53,330 nucleotides of DNA. Source: a virus (taxonomy: Duplodnaviria; Caudoviricetes). Shown here one piece after another: positions 1 through 9,321 of this stretch (positions within the stretch are counted from its first letter, which is position 1; each line of letters begins with the position of its first letter). The notes under the pieces are model-generated. The model was given only the letters and a program-made list of their open reading frames with translations. It made no database searches and was not told where the DNA came from. Where the stretch lies: positions 1-53,330 of IMG/VR virus record IMGVR_UViG_3300022685_000036. One strand, 5' to 3'. The position numbers and the translations under genes were made by a program.

Positions 1-417
1 TCCGTCCGAAGTAAAAGTAGCACCAGCCCCCGCCGCAATGTCAGTAACTACGTTGCCGTCAACCGTTGGACCACTACCACCTGTCGGGGGAGTTGCACAA
101 GTTAGAGTTCCGTTAGCTGCAATATCGGTTACAAATTCACCTCCAGGACACGGAATTGGGTTTGCCGCCAACTGTCCCGCCGTGATGTTGTCAGCTACAC
201 GAGCGTCCGGAAATTCGCCAGAACTAATCTGAGAAGCATCTAACAGTAGCTCGTCGTCGCCACCGAGTGCATGACGTAAGGCGTGGCTCAGTGGTGAATA
301 TCTAAGATCAGCATCAGGCACGAACTGTTGCGTATCAGAGTCTACTAAACCTGTGATGGCAGCAGCAATAGACCCGGAGAGTGAAGCCGCTGAAACAAAA
401 ACGATTAATCTTTTCAT
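1..417 (-). CDS. Partial late-operon protein with signal-peptide-like N-terminus (runs off left edge)
   Basis: Manual translation from ATG at 417 (TAATG overlap with upstream stop): MKRLIVFVSAASLSGSIAAAITGLVDSDTQQFVPDADLRYSPLSHALRHALGGDDELLLDASQISSGEFPDARV...CPGGEFVTDIAANGTLTCATPP; open to base 1; absent from ORF track. Confidence 0.75.
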   Translation of the reverse strand, partial: MKRLIVFVSAASLSGSIAAAITGLVDSDTQQFVPDADLRYSPLSHALRHALGGDDELLLDASQISSGEFPDARVADNITAGQLAANPIPCPGGEFVTDIAANGTLTCATPPTGGSGPTVDGNVVTDIAAGAGATFTSDG

Positions 418-926
418 TACAGCGCTGCTCCGGCCGTTACGAGGTATCTCCACACATTGGTAGAAACACAAATTGCTATCTGCCCTGTTGTGGCATCAAA
501 AGCGATCTGACCTTGTTCGCCTGGAGAAGTCGACGTTGCCGGAAAAGCGACTATCTCCGCAGGGCGGGGCCGGGCATTAGTCACCGTCCAGACTGTGCCC
601 CCGCCACTAACGGTGATGTCCCCATAAACACCGTCTGCAATAGTCGCTGTGCCAGAGCTTACGTTAAGCGTAACGGTGCCGTCGCCGTTGTCACTAAAAG
701 TGATATTCGTTCCGGCGATTACATCCGTATACGCAACTCCACCAAATGTCGCCCCGCTACCACTAGCCCCCACAGAAATCCAACCGAGGCCAGAATCGTA
801 AACTTTTAATACTGGTGGATCAACACTGGTATCAACCCACAAGTTTTCGCTAAGCGGTGAATCGGGAGCTACATCGCTAACTACTGGTGTTTGGTAGTTA
901 ACGCCTCTGACAAAAAGAATCGTCAC
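417..926 (-). CDS. Putative virion fibre/decoration protein
   Basis: G/T/S/V-rich beta-type sequence (LWVDTSVDPPVLKVYD, AGTNITFSDNGDGTVTL, PATSTSPGEQGQIAFD...ICVSTNVWR) typical of fibre segments; coupled to neighbours. Confidence 0.6.
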   Translation of the reverse strand: MTILFVRGVNYQTPVVSDVAPDSPLSENLWVDTSVDPPVLKVYDSGLGWISVGASGSGATFGGVAYTDVIAGTNITFSDNGDGTVTLNVSSGTATIADGVYGDITVSGGGTVWTVTNARPRPAEIVAFPATSTSPGEQGQIAFDATTGQIAICVSTNVWRYLVTAGAAL

Positions 927-1687
927 AATTCTTCTCCCGCATAAACATAAGCATATACTTTCTCACCTTGGGCTATTCTAGGAGTTCTATTCCCATTGAG
1001 TAAATGCTTTAGCTCGCTAAATTCGCCAGGGATCAAACTACCGTCACAAGGTAAAAAACCTTCCGGGGCCTCTTTACTTACATTATATAAAACTGTGCCA
1101 ATCGGATATTTAAGCTTAGATGGTTTTAATTTTTCAATGAGACCAGCAAGGTACACATCAAACTCTGTGCCATCATCCATGCGAAACCGTAATATGTCGT
1201 TTTCTATAACAGCAGCAATAGGGCTAGCCCCATGGCGGCCGTCTTTGCCATCTTTTCCTGCGGGGCCTTGCTTCCCTTCTTTGCCTCGCTGAGCAAGCAT
1301 CTTTACACGTCCGTCAGGGAGGACGCCGAACAGGCTCCCGCCGTCAATGTAAAGGTCACCACACTCCAGTTTTGAAGTGTCCTCTGGCTTCAACCCAATA
1401 AACTCTAACCCCCAAGGACCTACTCGCTTCCATGCTGAAGATTTGCGCGGCTCATCAGCAGTGTCGCGCGTGGCCACATATATTTTCCCCCAAGCAGTAA
1501 CGACACAATCCCCTTCGCGGTGCACCTGTCCTTTAGAATAGATCTTAAGATCAAAGCCGAGCCCGTCGCGGCCATCTTTGCCCGGCGGCGCCTCGATCTC
1601 GGCTACCGCCTGCTCAATCTTGCGCGTAGCGAACTTCGCGATTTCTTCGGCGAGCAGACCGCCGGGCGTGAGGAGGTCGTTAGGCAT
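923..1687 (-). CDS. Collagen-repeat protein with C-terminal phage tail-collar-like domain
   Basis: G-X-Y runs (GKEGKQGPAGKDGKDGRHG); C-terminal YPIGTVLY...APEGFLPCDGSLI resembles the tail collar domain. Confidence 0.7.
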   Translation of the reverse strand: MPNDLLTPGGLLAEEIAKFATRKIEQAVAEIEAPPGKDGRDGLGFDLKIYSKGQVHREGDCVVTAWGKIYVATRDTADEPRKSSAWKRVGPWGLEFIGLKPEDTSKLECGDLYIDGGSLFGVLPDGRVKMLAQRGKEGKQGPAGKDGKDGRHGASPIAAVIENDILRFRMDDGTEFDVYLAGLIEKLKPSKLKYPIGTVLYNVSKEAPEGFLPCDGSLIPGEFSELKHLLNGNRTPRIAQGEKVYAYVYAGEEL

Positions 1688-2537
1688 AGCGGGCGAACAC
1701 GGCTTTGATTTCGGACATCTCGCGCTGCCGGAACTCCGCCATCAAGGCTTCGATCAGGGCGGCGACATCGGGCATAGGACCGGCGGGTCCGCGCTCGCCG
1801 CGGACGGTATCAAGGAACTGCTTATCCCGCTTCAGCTCGGCGGCGACTTCGTCACTGGAGACCGACTGACCGGAGTCTCCCTTTTCGCCTCGGACGATCC
1901 CGAGAAACTGCTGGTCCTGCTTCAGCTCGGCAGCGACTTCATCACGTGAGACCGATTTGCCGGGCTCACCCTTCTCGCCGCGAAGGCCCTTCAGAAATTC
2001 CTTGTCCTGCTTCAGCTCAGCGACCACTTCATCGCGGGTGACTGACCGACCCGGCTCACCGCGAAGCTCCGCGCCGTGGCGCTCGAACAAACTGTCAGCA
2101 ACTACGTTGGGGTCCGCATCCTTTCCCGGAGCGCCGGTGCCGCCGGCAGGACCCTGCGCGCCTACCGGCCCTTGCTCGCCCCGGAGACGATCAGCGTGCC
2201 GCAAGACGAGGCCGTTCACCACATCCTCAACATCGGGCGAGGCGCCGTCCTTGCCGTCCTTGCCAGGAGGACCGGGGGTGCGCTCCAACTGCAGAAGCCG
2301 CCCGCGTAGCTCGGCTATCTCTTCGCCCCGGTCTGCCGGTACGGCACTGCGCAGAGCCTCGTAGCGACGGTTCAAGTCGCCGATGCGGGTCAGCAGATCG
2401 TCGCGGGTCTTCTCAAACTCCTCGCGTGGAAGCCCTAGCTGACTGCGGAGCTCCTTCAAGCCGGTGGAGATCTCGACCACCTGCTCATCGATGTAGGCGC
2501 CGACGGAGTCGAGAATAAGTTTAGTCTGTGCGTCCAT
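1680..2537 (-). CDS. Coiled-coil/collagen-repeat virion protein following portal
   Basis: N-terminal coiled coil, G-X-Y segments, three ~30-aa repeats (RGEKGEPGKSVSRDEVAAELKQDxxFL). Confidence 0.7.
   Translation of the reverse strand: MDAQTKLILDSVGAYIDEQVVEISTGLKELRSQLGLPREEFEKTRDDLLTRIGDLNRRYEALRSAVPADRGEEIAELRGRLLQLERTPGPPGKDGKDGASPDVEDVVNGLVLRHADRLRGEQGPVGAQGPAGGTGAPGKDADPNVVADSLFERHGAELRGEPGRSVTRDEVVAELKQDKEFLKGLRGEKGEPGKSVSRDEVAAELKQDQQFLGIVRGEKGDSGQSVSSDEVAAELKRDKQFLDTVRGERGPAGPMPDVAALIEALMAEFRQREMSEIKAVFARYA
1790..2070 (-). repeat. Three imperfect ~90-bp intragenic tandem repeats
   Basis: Recurrent cttcagctc(g/a)gc..cgac..cttc(a/g)tc and ccttctcgcc-like blocks at ~90-nt spacing. Confidence 0.75.
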
Positions 2538-3919
2538 CAGGCCGCCTTTCGGTTTCTGAGATAGCTCATAATCTCGATCTGCTTCTCAATGCCTACAGCA
2601 ACGGCTGCCTCGCCAGGCGGTGCAGGTTCAGGTGCTTCGGGCGCAGGAGGTGCTTCCGGCATCTTCCCGACCTGCGAGAGCGGCACAACCTGCTGTTGCA
2701 CCCTCGGCTCCTCACCGAACTCGACCGCAGGCAGACGCTCGCGCCGCCGCGCCTCGTTAGGGGACATGAGACCTGTGGTGACCGCGTTGCCGAGGGACTT
2801 GATCCGCCCTTCGAAATCCGTCCTGAGCAGGGCTTCGGTGTCGAAGTCCATGAACTCATCGGATGGAAGGCGAAACAGCCGACCGAACGCCTGCTCGATG
2901 TGCGTCATTAGGAAGCCGAGCCCGGTCGAGAGCCACTGGTTGATGAGCTGCTCGACGTTGTTGTAGGTCGCCTTCGTGTAATCACCGATCAGGGCCAGCG
3001 GGACGCGGTAGACACGGGCGATGTCCTCGATGGACATCCGGTATGCCTCGATCAGCTGTGCGTCCTGGCTGGTGATGGTCATCTGGTTCCACTTCAATCC
3101 CCAAGAGAGCACAGGCACCTCGCCCGCCGCCAGTCCACGGCTCTTCTCATACCAAGCTTTGCGCAGCGCATCCATCTGCTCCTTGGTCAGCTTCTCGTCC
3201 GTCGTCAGCACGCCGGATGGACGGCTCATGTTCGAAAAAAACGCTGCCTGATTGCTGCCGATCGCGGTGTTGACCTGAATGGCCATCGTAGCGAACTCGA
3301 TCGGGCTAATGCCGATCAGTGGATGCCTCGGCGTATGCAGCCGCAGGTGCAACACGTCGCGCGCGGGGATCAAGGCTTGCAGCTCACCGATGATTGGATT
3401 GGTGCCTACGCCGTAGAAGATCGCGCCCTCGGGCGTGATGTATGGCTGCGTGCTGTTCGCCGGCACGATGTGGATCGACTCAATCCGCTCCGACCCATCG
3501 CGGAAGACCAGAGCATAGGCGTTGCCGTAGCTCAGCAGCTCGAACAGCAGGTTCAGGAAGAAGTCCGACGGCGTCTGATACCCGTTCGGGTTGCGCAAGA
3601 TGCGCGATAGCGGAGACGTCGTGATGGTCTCCAGCCCACCGTTCTCCAACCGCCTGTGATGGTGGGCGGGCATGGTAGCGATGGCCTGCGCCGGGACGTT
3701 CTTGCAGGCGTAGACCGCGCCACAGGTGCGCTGAAGCCACGGGGAAAGGTTGCGCTGCCATCCATCTTCCCAGGGCGTCAGTTCGTAGGCGCCCCCCAAC
3801 TCGCCGATTCCCCAAAAGGGACCGCGCCAACTGCCCTCGCCGTTGTCACAGCCGAACGACTTCCGCGCAACGATCGGGTGACCGCGTGAATCAACAAGCT
3901 GGATGGCTTGATCAGTCAT
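2537..3919 (-). CDS. HK97-family portal protein
   Basis: LRNPNGYQT, LLSYGNAY, DVLHLR...GISPI, SIEDIARVYRVP, YNNVEQ, GLMSPNEARRRERLP motifs. Confidence 0.95.
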   Translation of the reverse strand: MTDQAIQLVDSRGHPIVARKSFGCDNGEGSWRGPFWGIGELGGAYELTPWEDGWQRNLSPWLQRTCGAVYACKNVPAQAIATMPAHHHRRLENGGLETITTSPLSRILRNPNGYQTPSDFFLNLLFELLSYGNAYALVFRDGSERIESIHIVPANSTQPYITPEGAIFYGVGTNPIIGELQALIPARDVLHLRLHTPRHPLIGISPIEFATMAIQVNTAIGSNQAAFFSNMSRPSGVLTTDEKLTKEQMDALRKAWYEKSRGLAAGEVPVLSWGLKWNQMTITSQDAQLIEAYRMSIEDIARVYRVPLALIGDYTKATYNNVEQLINQWLSTGLGFLMTHIEQAFGRLFRLPSDEFMDFDTEALLRTDFEGRIKSLGNAVTTGLMSPNEARRRERLPAVEFGEEPRVQQQVVPLSQVGKMPEAPPAPEAPEPAPPGEAAVAVGIEKQIEIMSYLRNRKAA

Positions 3920-4173
3920 CGGCTTTTGGGCGTCCGGCGTCTACTGGTGCGGGGCTTCGCCTCCATGGTGCGGGTCTCGTAGACCTGCTCCTTGACTGGC
4001 GCCGACTCGGGATCGGGCTCGGGATCGGGCACCGCAACGGTGCCGTAGTAGACGCCTGGCTGGTGCGCCGAAGGTCGGTAGGCCTTGCCGGCGGCTTCCA
4101 GCTTCTTCGCCTCCTCCAGCGAGATACGCTGGAAGTGCGACATGCCGTGGGGCTTGTAAAGGGCTTCTGGCAT
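3916..4173 (-). CDS. Small head-associated hypothetical protein
   Basis: Between capsid and portal, overlaps portal start; basic C-terminus YETRTMEAKPRTSRRR. Confidence 0.65.
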   Translation of the reverse strand: MPEALYKPHGMSHFQRISLEEAKKLEAAGKAYRPSAHQPGVYYGTVAVPDPEPDPESAPVKEQVYETRTMEAKPRTSRRRTPKSR

Positions 4174-4241
4174 GAAGGTTGTGCTCTTGTGTCAGATTCT
4201 GTTGAGGGACGATCCTTCGCCCTCTCTTTTTCAGCCTACGA

Positions 4242-5750
4242 TCACCAAGCGATCGAGGTACGTTGCGCCACAGTGGACGGACGCAGCAAGGCCCAGGACG
4301 TGGGCGCGATCATCCGGACAGCTTCACTGTACGTCTGGAACATGGACCGCGCCACGTAGCCGGCACCTGCGCCCGCCGCAATAGCCGCCGAGGGCACTAC
4401 GTTGATGCCTGTTGGGACCTGCCCGGCGGTACCAACTGCTCCTGTAGATCCATCATCGGCCATTGTCGGCGCGGTAGTGTCGGCGTTGGCCATGACCAAA
4501 GTAGCGACCTGGCTGATGTCAAACATCGGCGCATCCAGTGCCATTGCGACGCTGGAGGCATCGACCATCATGGCGACCGTCGCCGGCACGTTGCCCGAGC
4601 TGATGACTGGCACCGTCAGCAGGTTGCCGCTGTTGAGGTCGTCGCGGAAGGTGAACATGCCCAACGCATCTGTCAAGAACGTTAACCCCATGCGGGTCTG
4701 ATTGTTCAGCAGCAGCACCGGGACAGCCGCCTCGTTGGCCGCCAGCAGAGCGCCCATCATATCCTTGATATCCGCCACCACCGACGGGATGCCGCCCGTG
4801 GTGTCACCCGCGCCAGTATTGGCGCCCGCAAGACCGTTGAGCAGCCCCGCGGGACGCACGCCAGCGACCGCAGCCGCGTTGCTCAGCAGCGCGTTGTCGA
4901 GCACCTTCACATAGGCCCGCTGCATGGCGCGACGGAAGATCGACTCGATGTCGGTCACCGACCGCTCGCGCAGCTCCATGGTCGTGACCAGGATATCGGC
5001 CAGCTTGTAGCGGTTGATCGTCTGCGAGCCGATGGAGATCGAGCCCACCGGAATAGCACCGCCTTCCTGCACCCAAGCTGGTTCAGTCGGAGTAGAGCCA
5101 GTCGGGTTTAGGCGCGGAATGGTAACGGTCTGCGCACGACCGAAGTTCATCAGCATACCGCCGGAGCGCGCGGCCCACAACGCCAGTGCAGCGGCAACGG
5201 ACTGGCTCTCGATATCCTCCAGGAGACCACGGATGTCCTCCTGGACCAGCTCAGCGGCATAGCCGGTGTCGGTGGTCGTGGCGATCGGGGCCTCGGTCTT
5301 GGTGATCAGTGGCATCACAGACTTCAGCCGCAGGTCGTCGCCGTACAGCTCGTCCATCACCTGCTGCTCGGGGATGCGCTTGGCGTGCGACAACGCAGTC
5401 ACGACGGCGTGGCGGACGAACACGTCCAGGCCCTTGGACTGCTTGCGCTCGGGCTTGATAACGGCGGGAACGCCCTGGGGCTCCGCCGGACGGGCGCTCA
5501 GGCCCTGACGCTTCTCGATCTCGCGGTACTCGCCGAGGCGCTTCTCGAGCTTCTCGACGTCGGCGGTCAGGGTGTCCACGGACTTGCCGACCTCGTCGAT
5601 CTCGGCCAGGAGGACTTCCTCCTTCTCGGCGTCTTCGACCTTGGCGACCTCCTCGGTCAGCTCGGCCAGCTTCTCTTGCTGAGTCTTCAGCTCTTTCTGC
5701 TTTGGACCGAGGTCCGCAGCCAGGTTCAGGATCTTGTCGGAAATGTTCAT
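4242..5750 (-). CDS. HK97-fold major capsid protein with N-terminal delta (scaffold) domain
   Basis: N-terminal coiled coil; AWVQEGGAIP, YKLADIL, LDNALL...RPAGLLNG, SMFQT..A.R motifs. Confidence 0.93.
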   Translation of the reverse strand: MNISDKILNLAADLGPKQKELKTQQEKLAELTEEVAKVEDAEKEEVLLAEIDEVGKSVDTLTADVEKLEKRLGEYREIEKRQGLSARPAEPQGVPAVIKPERKQSKGLDVFVRHAVVTALSHAKRIPEQQVMDELYGDDLRLKSVMPLITKTEAPIATTTDTGYAAELVQEDIRGLLEDIESQSVAAALALWAARSGGMLMNFGRAQTVTIPRLNPTGSTPTEPAWVQEGGAIPVGSISIGSQTINRYKLADILVTTMELRERSVTDIESIFRRAMQRAYVKVLDNALLSNAAAVAGVRPAGLLNGLAGANTGAGDTTGGIPSVVADIKDMMGALLAANEAAVPVLLLNNQTRMGLTFLTDALGMFTFRDDLNSGNLLTVPVISSGNVPATVAMMVDASSVAMALDAPMFDISQVATLVMANADTTAPTMADDGSTGAVGTAGQVPTGINVVPSAAIAAGAGAGYVARSMFQTYSEAVRMIAPTSWALLRPSTVAQRTSIAW

Positions 5751-6313
5751 TTGCGCATACTCAATGCTGCCTTGGCGCGCTCGATGCGGGCAAGGGCTTG
5801 TTCGACTTTCTGGTTGCGCTCAGACAGAGCATTGATGACCTGAGACCTCTTGACCGGGTCTTGGTCGAAAGACTTGATGGTGGCCAGGGTGCAATCGGCA
5901 TTGGCCGGAATGGTTACCGCTGACAGCTCCAGCCATTCCCACTCCTTGAAGTGGATGCCGCCGGTGTCCTTGATGAAGGTGTATTCGAGAGCGCGGAAGC
6001 CGATGGACAAGCCGCGCACCAGCCCGGCTTTGATCTGCTTCCAGGTCGTCTCGATGTAATCCAGGTCGGTGTCCTTGGCGATCTCGCCCTCGACCTCGAT
6101 ACCGTTGTCGGTGATTGTCGCGCGCTTGATGAAGCCGACGGGCAGGTGGTGCTCGTGCTGGCTCAGCAAGGGCAGCGGCAGCTTGTACTTCGCGCCCTTG
6201 GGCTCGACAACGTCCTGCATCCGGTCCGGGTTCGGCGTCGAAGCGATGCCGGAGAACTGGCGCTTCTCGTCGTTAAAATCTTTGGCTTCGAGGATGGCGT
6301 AGGCTTTGTTCAT
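5747..6313 (-). CDS. HK97-family prohead protease
   Basis: FSGIAST..PDRMQDVV, LLSQH...PVG, GLSIGF, WLELSAVTIPAN motifs. Confidence 0.95.
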   Translation of the reverse strand: MNKAYAILEAKDFNDEKRQFSGIASTPNPDRMQDVVEPKGAKYKLPLPLLSQHEHHLPVGFIKRATITDNGIEVEGEIAKDTDLDYIETTWKQIKAGLVRGLSIGFRALEYTFIKDTGGIHFKEWEWLELSAVTIPANADCTLATIKSFDQDPVKRSQVINALSERNQKVEQALARIERAKAALSMRK

Positions 6314-6509
6314 TGCGATTCGTTCTCCATGAGTTAACGGAAACTAAGTCAGCGGCTTTACCAAGCGCCTCTTCGCGGCTTTCACCGGTCGCCGTTCCCA
6401 CTTTTAACACCGTTTGTACAGTCGCGGTCCATGTACCGTCGCCGTTGTCTTGCACGTTTGCACGCGCCCAAACACGCGTCTGCGTGACTTCAACAAGATC
6501 GCGACTCAT
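6273..6509 (-). CDS. Small protein, HicB-like N-terminal fold suspected
   Basis: ATG at 6509; DGTWTATV...ATGESREEAL resembles HicB-type segment; lower GC than flanks. Confidence 0.4.
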   Translation of the reverse strand: MSRDLVEVTQTRVWARANVQDNGDGTWTATVQTVLKVGTATGESREEALGKAADLVSVNSWRTNRNEQSLRHPRSQRF

Positions 6510-6647
6510 TGCTCTGTACCTATCAGCGAAGGGACACAATCTTATCACCGCCACGCCGCTTCTTTGCCTGTGCCTCTTTGGCAGAGCTGGCAACCACAGG
6601 TGTACGCCGACCACTGAAAAAGTACAGTTTCTTAGCCATACGATTTC

Positions 6648-8249
6648 TTAGCCAATGATCGCCCCCACATCAAACGCCACCCGCGAGCTTTCGCCTTCGC
6701 TGACCGGATAGACAGCCATAACGGCGGCAACGAGCGGGTCAATGCGTTGGGTAGATTTCTGTTTCTGGAGCTTGATGTTTCCCGGCCCATCCTGGATCAC
6801 GCGGGCGTTGGAAGCCGCCATGTTGAGCAGCGGATGGCCGCCGTGCCGCAGCCGCCCATTCAGCAGCAGAGCCTCGAAGGCTTCCAAACGCGGTGACATT
6901 GCGCGGAACGTCTGCCCGACACCGTTCCACTCCGCCGACGAGCCAAAGCCGATTTTATCTGCCTCGCGCCGCAGGTCGTCAATCCGCCAAGGGTCAAACT
7001 CAATCGTCGCCGGCTCAAAGCCCAAAGCCATCGTGCGGCGCATCAGCCACTCGACAACCCATTCGTAATTGACGGTGGCGCCGGGGACCAGAATCAAGTC
7101 CCCAGCCGCCGCCCACGCATCATAAGGAGCCCGATCGCGCGCCGCGCGCGCGAGCAGCCCCTCCTCGGGCGCGAAGACGAAGGGCAGCAGGTGCACAGCG
7201 TCTTCGTCGTCGCGCGCCGCCGCTACAGCCGCCGTAAGGTCGTGACGGGCCGAGAGGTCGATCCCTAGGGAAACCCCTGGGTGGCCATCGAAGAGCGCCT
7301 CCCGGGGCGGCGAGGAGGCTTCCCGCCACACCGTCGGGCTCAGCCAGAGCGTGTCCGCGCTCACGCGCTGGTTAAGCAACAGATTGCGTGCCGCACCTTC
7401 CATCGCCGCGATGCGCCCGGCGCGGCGCAACTGATCGGCGAGATCGACGCGGCTGCGGAAACTGTTCAGAGCGGGGTTCGCCGCCTCCCACGCCCGCTCG
7501 TCGTCCAGCGCACAGCCTTCTGGAGCGGCATAAAGATGGACAACGTTGGAAGGGTCTCCGCTGCGGGCAGCGTCGTCGATCATCACCGACAGAAAATCGG
7601 CATCGGTGCGCGCCTGCGTCGAAATGATGATGGTCAACGCATCGTCGTAAGCGCCCTGGCCGCTGAGCAGTGCGTCAACAAACGGATTGGTTGGCCCCTG
7701 AACCTGTCCCCACTCGTCGCCGATCACCACGCGGTCTGACCGCCCAACGGCGCGCGATCCGTCTGCCGCCAGAGCACGGTAACGCGCTTTTGTGGCGCGG
7801 CACACGAGCTGCTTGCTGCTCGGCGTGACGCTGATCAGCGTGGACAGCGTCTCGCTCTGTTCGATCATCTTCACCATCAGGTTGAAGACGAGTGCCGCCT
7901 GGTCCCGCGACATCGCGCCGGAGCTGATCTCCGAGTTCTTCATCGCCACCGGACCAGCCAAAAAGGCGAGCGTCAAAATGGCGATCAGCGCGGTTTTGCC
8001 ATTCTTGCGCGCTATGCTGAGCACCGCGCGGCGCGTGGGATAGTCGAGTACCGAGCGCAGGAACAGCTCCTGAAACGGAGCGATGCGGATCGGCTGCCGC
8101 ACCAGCTTCCCTTCCGGCACCTTGAGGTGGCGCTCTGCCCAGTGCATCACCTGCTCTGCGCGGGTGAGTGCCGCAGCTTCTTCTGGCGTACGAGGGTACG
8201 GGAGCGACCGCCAATCCCTGAGCTTGGGGTTGGGGCCGCTGATGATCAT
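6648..8249 (-). CDS. terL: Terminase large subunit
   Basis: Walker A ARKNGKT, Walker B VIGDEWG, IIISTQ, nuclease GIDLSARHDLTA, RIDPLVAAVMA. Confidence 0.95.
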   Translation of the reverse strand: MIISGPNPKLRDWRSLPYPRTPEEAAALTRAEQVMHWAERHLKVPEGKLVRQPIRIAPFQELFLRSVLDYPTRRAVLSIARKNGKTALIAILTLAFLAGPVAMKNSEISSGAMSRDQAALVFNLMVKMIEQSETLSTLISVTPSSKQLVCRATKARYRALAADGSRAVGRSDRVVIGDEWGQVQGPTNPFVDALLSGQGAYDDALTIIISTQARTDADFLSVMIDDAARSGDPSNVVHLYAAPEGCALDDERAWEAANPALNSFRSRVDLADQLRRAGRIAAMEGAARNLLLNQRVSADTLWLSPTVWREASSPPREALFDGHPGVSLGIDLSARHDLTAAVAAARDDEDAVHLLPFVFAPEEGLLARAARDRAPYDAWAAAGDLILVPGATVNYEWVVEWLMRRTMALGFEPATIEFDPWRIDDLRREADKIGFGSSAEWNGVGQTFRAMSPRLEAFEALLLNGRLRHGGHPLLNMAASNARVIQDGPGNIKLQKQKSTQRIDPLVAAVMAVYPVSEGESSRVAFDVGAIIG

Positions 8250-8686
8250 TGCAGCGCCGCCATCAGCGGGTCGTCGCCATCAACCGACTCGCGCACCGCA
8301 CGTTCGCGCTCTGCCGCCATCAGGGAGTTGTAGTACTCGTTGACGCCGAGCAGTTTCGCCTTCGCCATCATCGCGACGTGGTGCCGCTCGGCGTCAATCA
8401 AATGTCTGTGGGCAGGATGAATGACGACATTGCCATTCGGCAGCTCTATGAACTCCGGGCATTCCGCCGCAACCCTTGTCCACCGGTCAACACGTGCTTG
8501 TGACCGTGCGCAAAGGGCTGCTGTCAGCCGCACACCCAGTATGTTCCTGTGCTCAGCAGAAAGGGCGGAAAGAAACCCGTAATAGTGGGTCTCTTCCTCT
8601 TTAGAAAGCGGCTGATGTGGCGGCAAGATTGGTTGCTTAGATTTCTCTAAGACCATTGCCGTATATGAACGGTCGATGCCTTTCAT
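8246..8686 (-). CDS. terS: Terminase small subunit (P27-family-like)
   Basis: Overlaps terL start; LPNGNVVIHPA...AKLLG motif. Confidence 0.7.
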   Translation of the reverse strand: MKGIDRSYTAMVLEKSKQPILPPHQPLSKEEETHYYGFLSALSAEHRNILGVRLTAALCARSQARVDRWTRVAAECPEFIELPNGNVVIHPAHRHLIDAERHHVAMMAKAKLLGVNEYYNSLMAAERERAVRESVDGDDPLMAALQ

Positions 8687-8721
8687 TATGTCGCGAATGG
8701 CAGGCAGTATGAGTTCCCATG

Positions 8722-8750
8722 ATTATCGCCTTTTCGCGCGAAAAAGTCAA
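8722..8750 (-). promoter_or_regulatory. Sigma70-type promoter for packaging/late operon with palindromic spacer
   Basis: Minus strand TTGACT-N17-GATAAT; spacer contains perfect palindrome TTTTCGCGCGAAAA (8731-8744). Confidence 0.75.
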
Positions 8751-8779
8751 GCTCAGAAGTCGAATGAAGAACTCAATAA

Positions 8780-9320
8780 TTGGGACGGCAAATATTCAGA
8801 CGTTGTTTAAAAATCAGCTTCCGGCCCGGTCAGGGGCGACAGACATCAAAGTTTCTGTTGATCCCCCCTCGGCGGGTGCCGCCCAGTCTTTCTGTTGCAG
8901 CCGCGCACCGAAACAGGGCGTTCAACTCTATTGAATGGGGGCCGAACCAGCCTGGTTTCGCCAGTTTCTGTTCGCTCGAAAGTGAAATTCCTTTACGAAT
9001 CATGCTCTTACCGCAGCCGGGCCAGGGTCGGCCGCCGGGCCAGGGCTGGTCGCACGTAAGCCCTTGAATCTCGCCTCTTTTTCCGCGCCGGCGCGCCGGT
9101 CCAGGCTCTCGAAAACTCTTAAAGGGGGAAACGGAAAAGGGGAAATACATAATAACCCTCTAAATCACAAAGGATTATTTAAGATCTTTTTCCTTATCCC
9201 TTGGACCTACCTAGACCTTAAGAAGAAAAGAGGAAAGAATCAATGACTTGCAAGAGGCCAGGGAGCAGGACCTCTCCTTGGCCTACCCCGGCTCTCACGA
9301 TCACCTGCACGGCAACGCCG
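8780..9320. other. Non-coding region: probable packaging (cos-type) site and/or replication origin
   Basis: No credible ORF; minus-strand GGGGGGATCAA...AAACTTT...TGACCG...ATTTTT pattern upstream of terS; GCCGGGCCAGGG direct repeat x2; AT/purine-rich block ~9115-9250. Confidence 0.5.
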
Positions 9321-9321
9321 A

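Noticed and set aside
4201-4231. GTTGAGGG...CCCTC hairpin resembling the early cassette stem-loop
   Set aside because: No associated promoter; its T-run is on the strand opposite the capsid transcript, so it is at most an antisense terminator.
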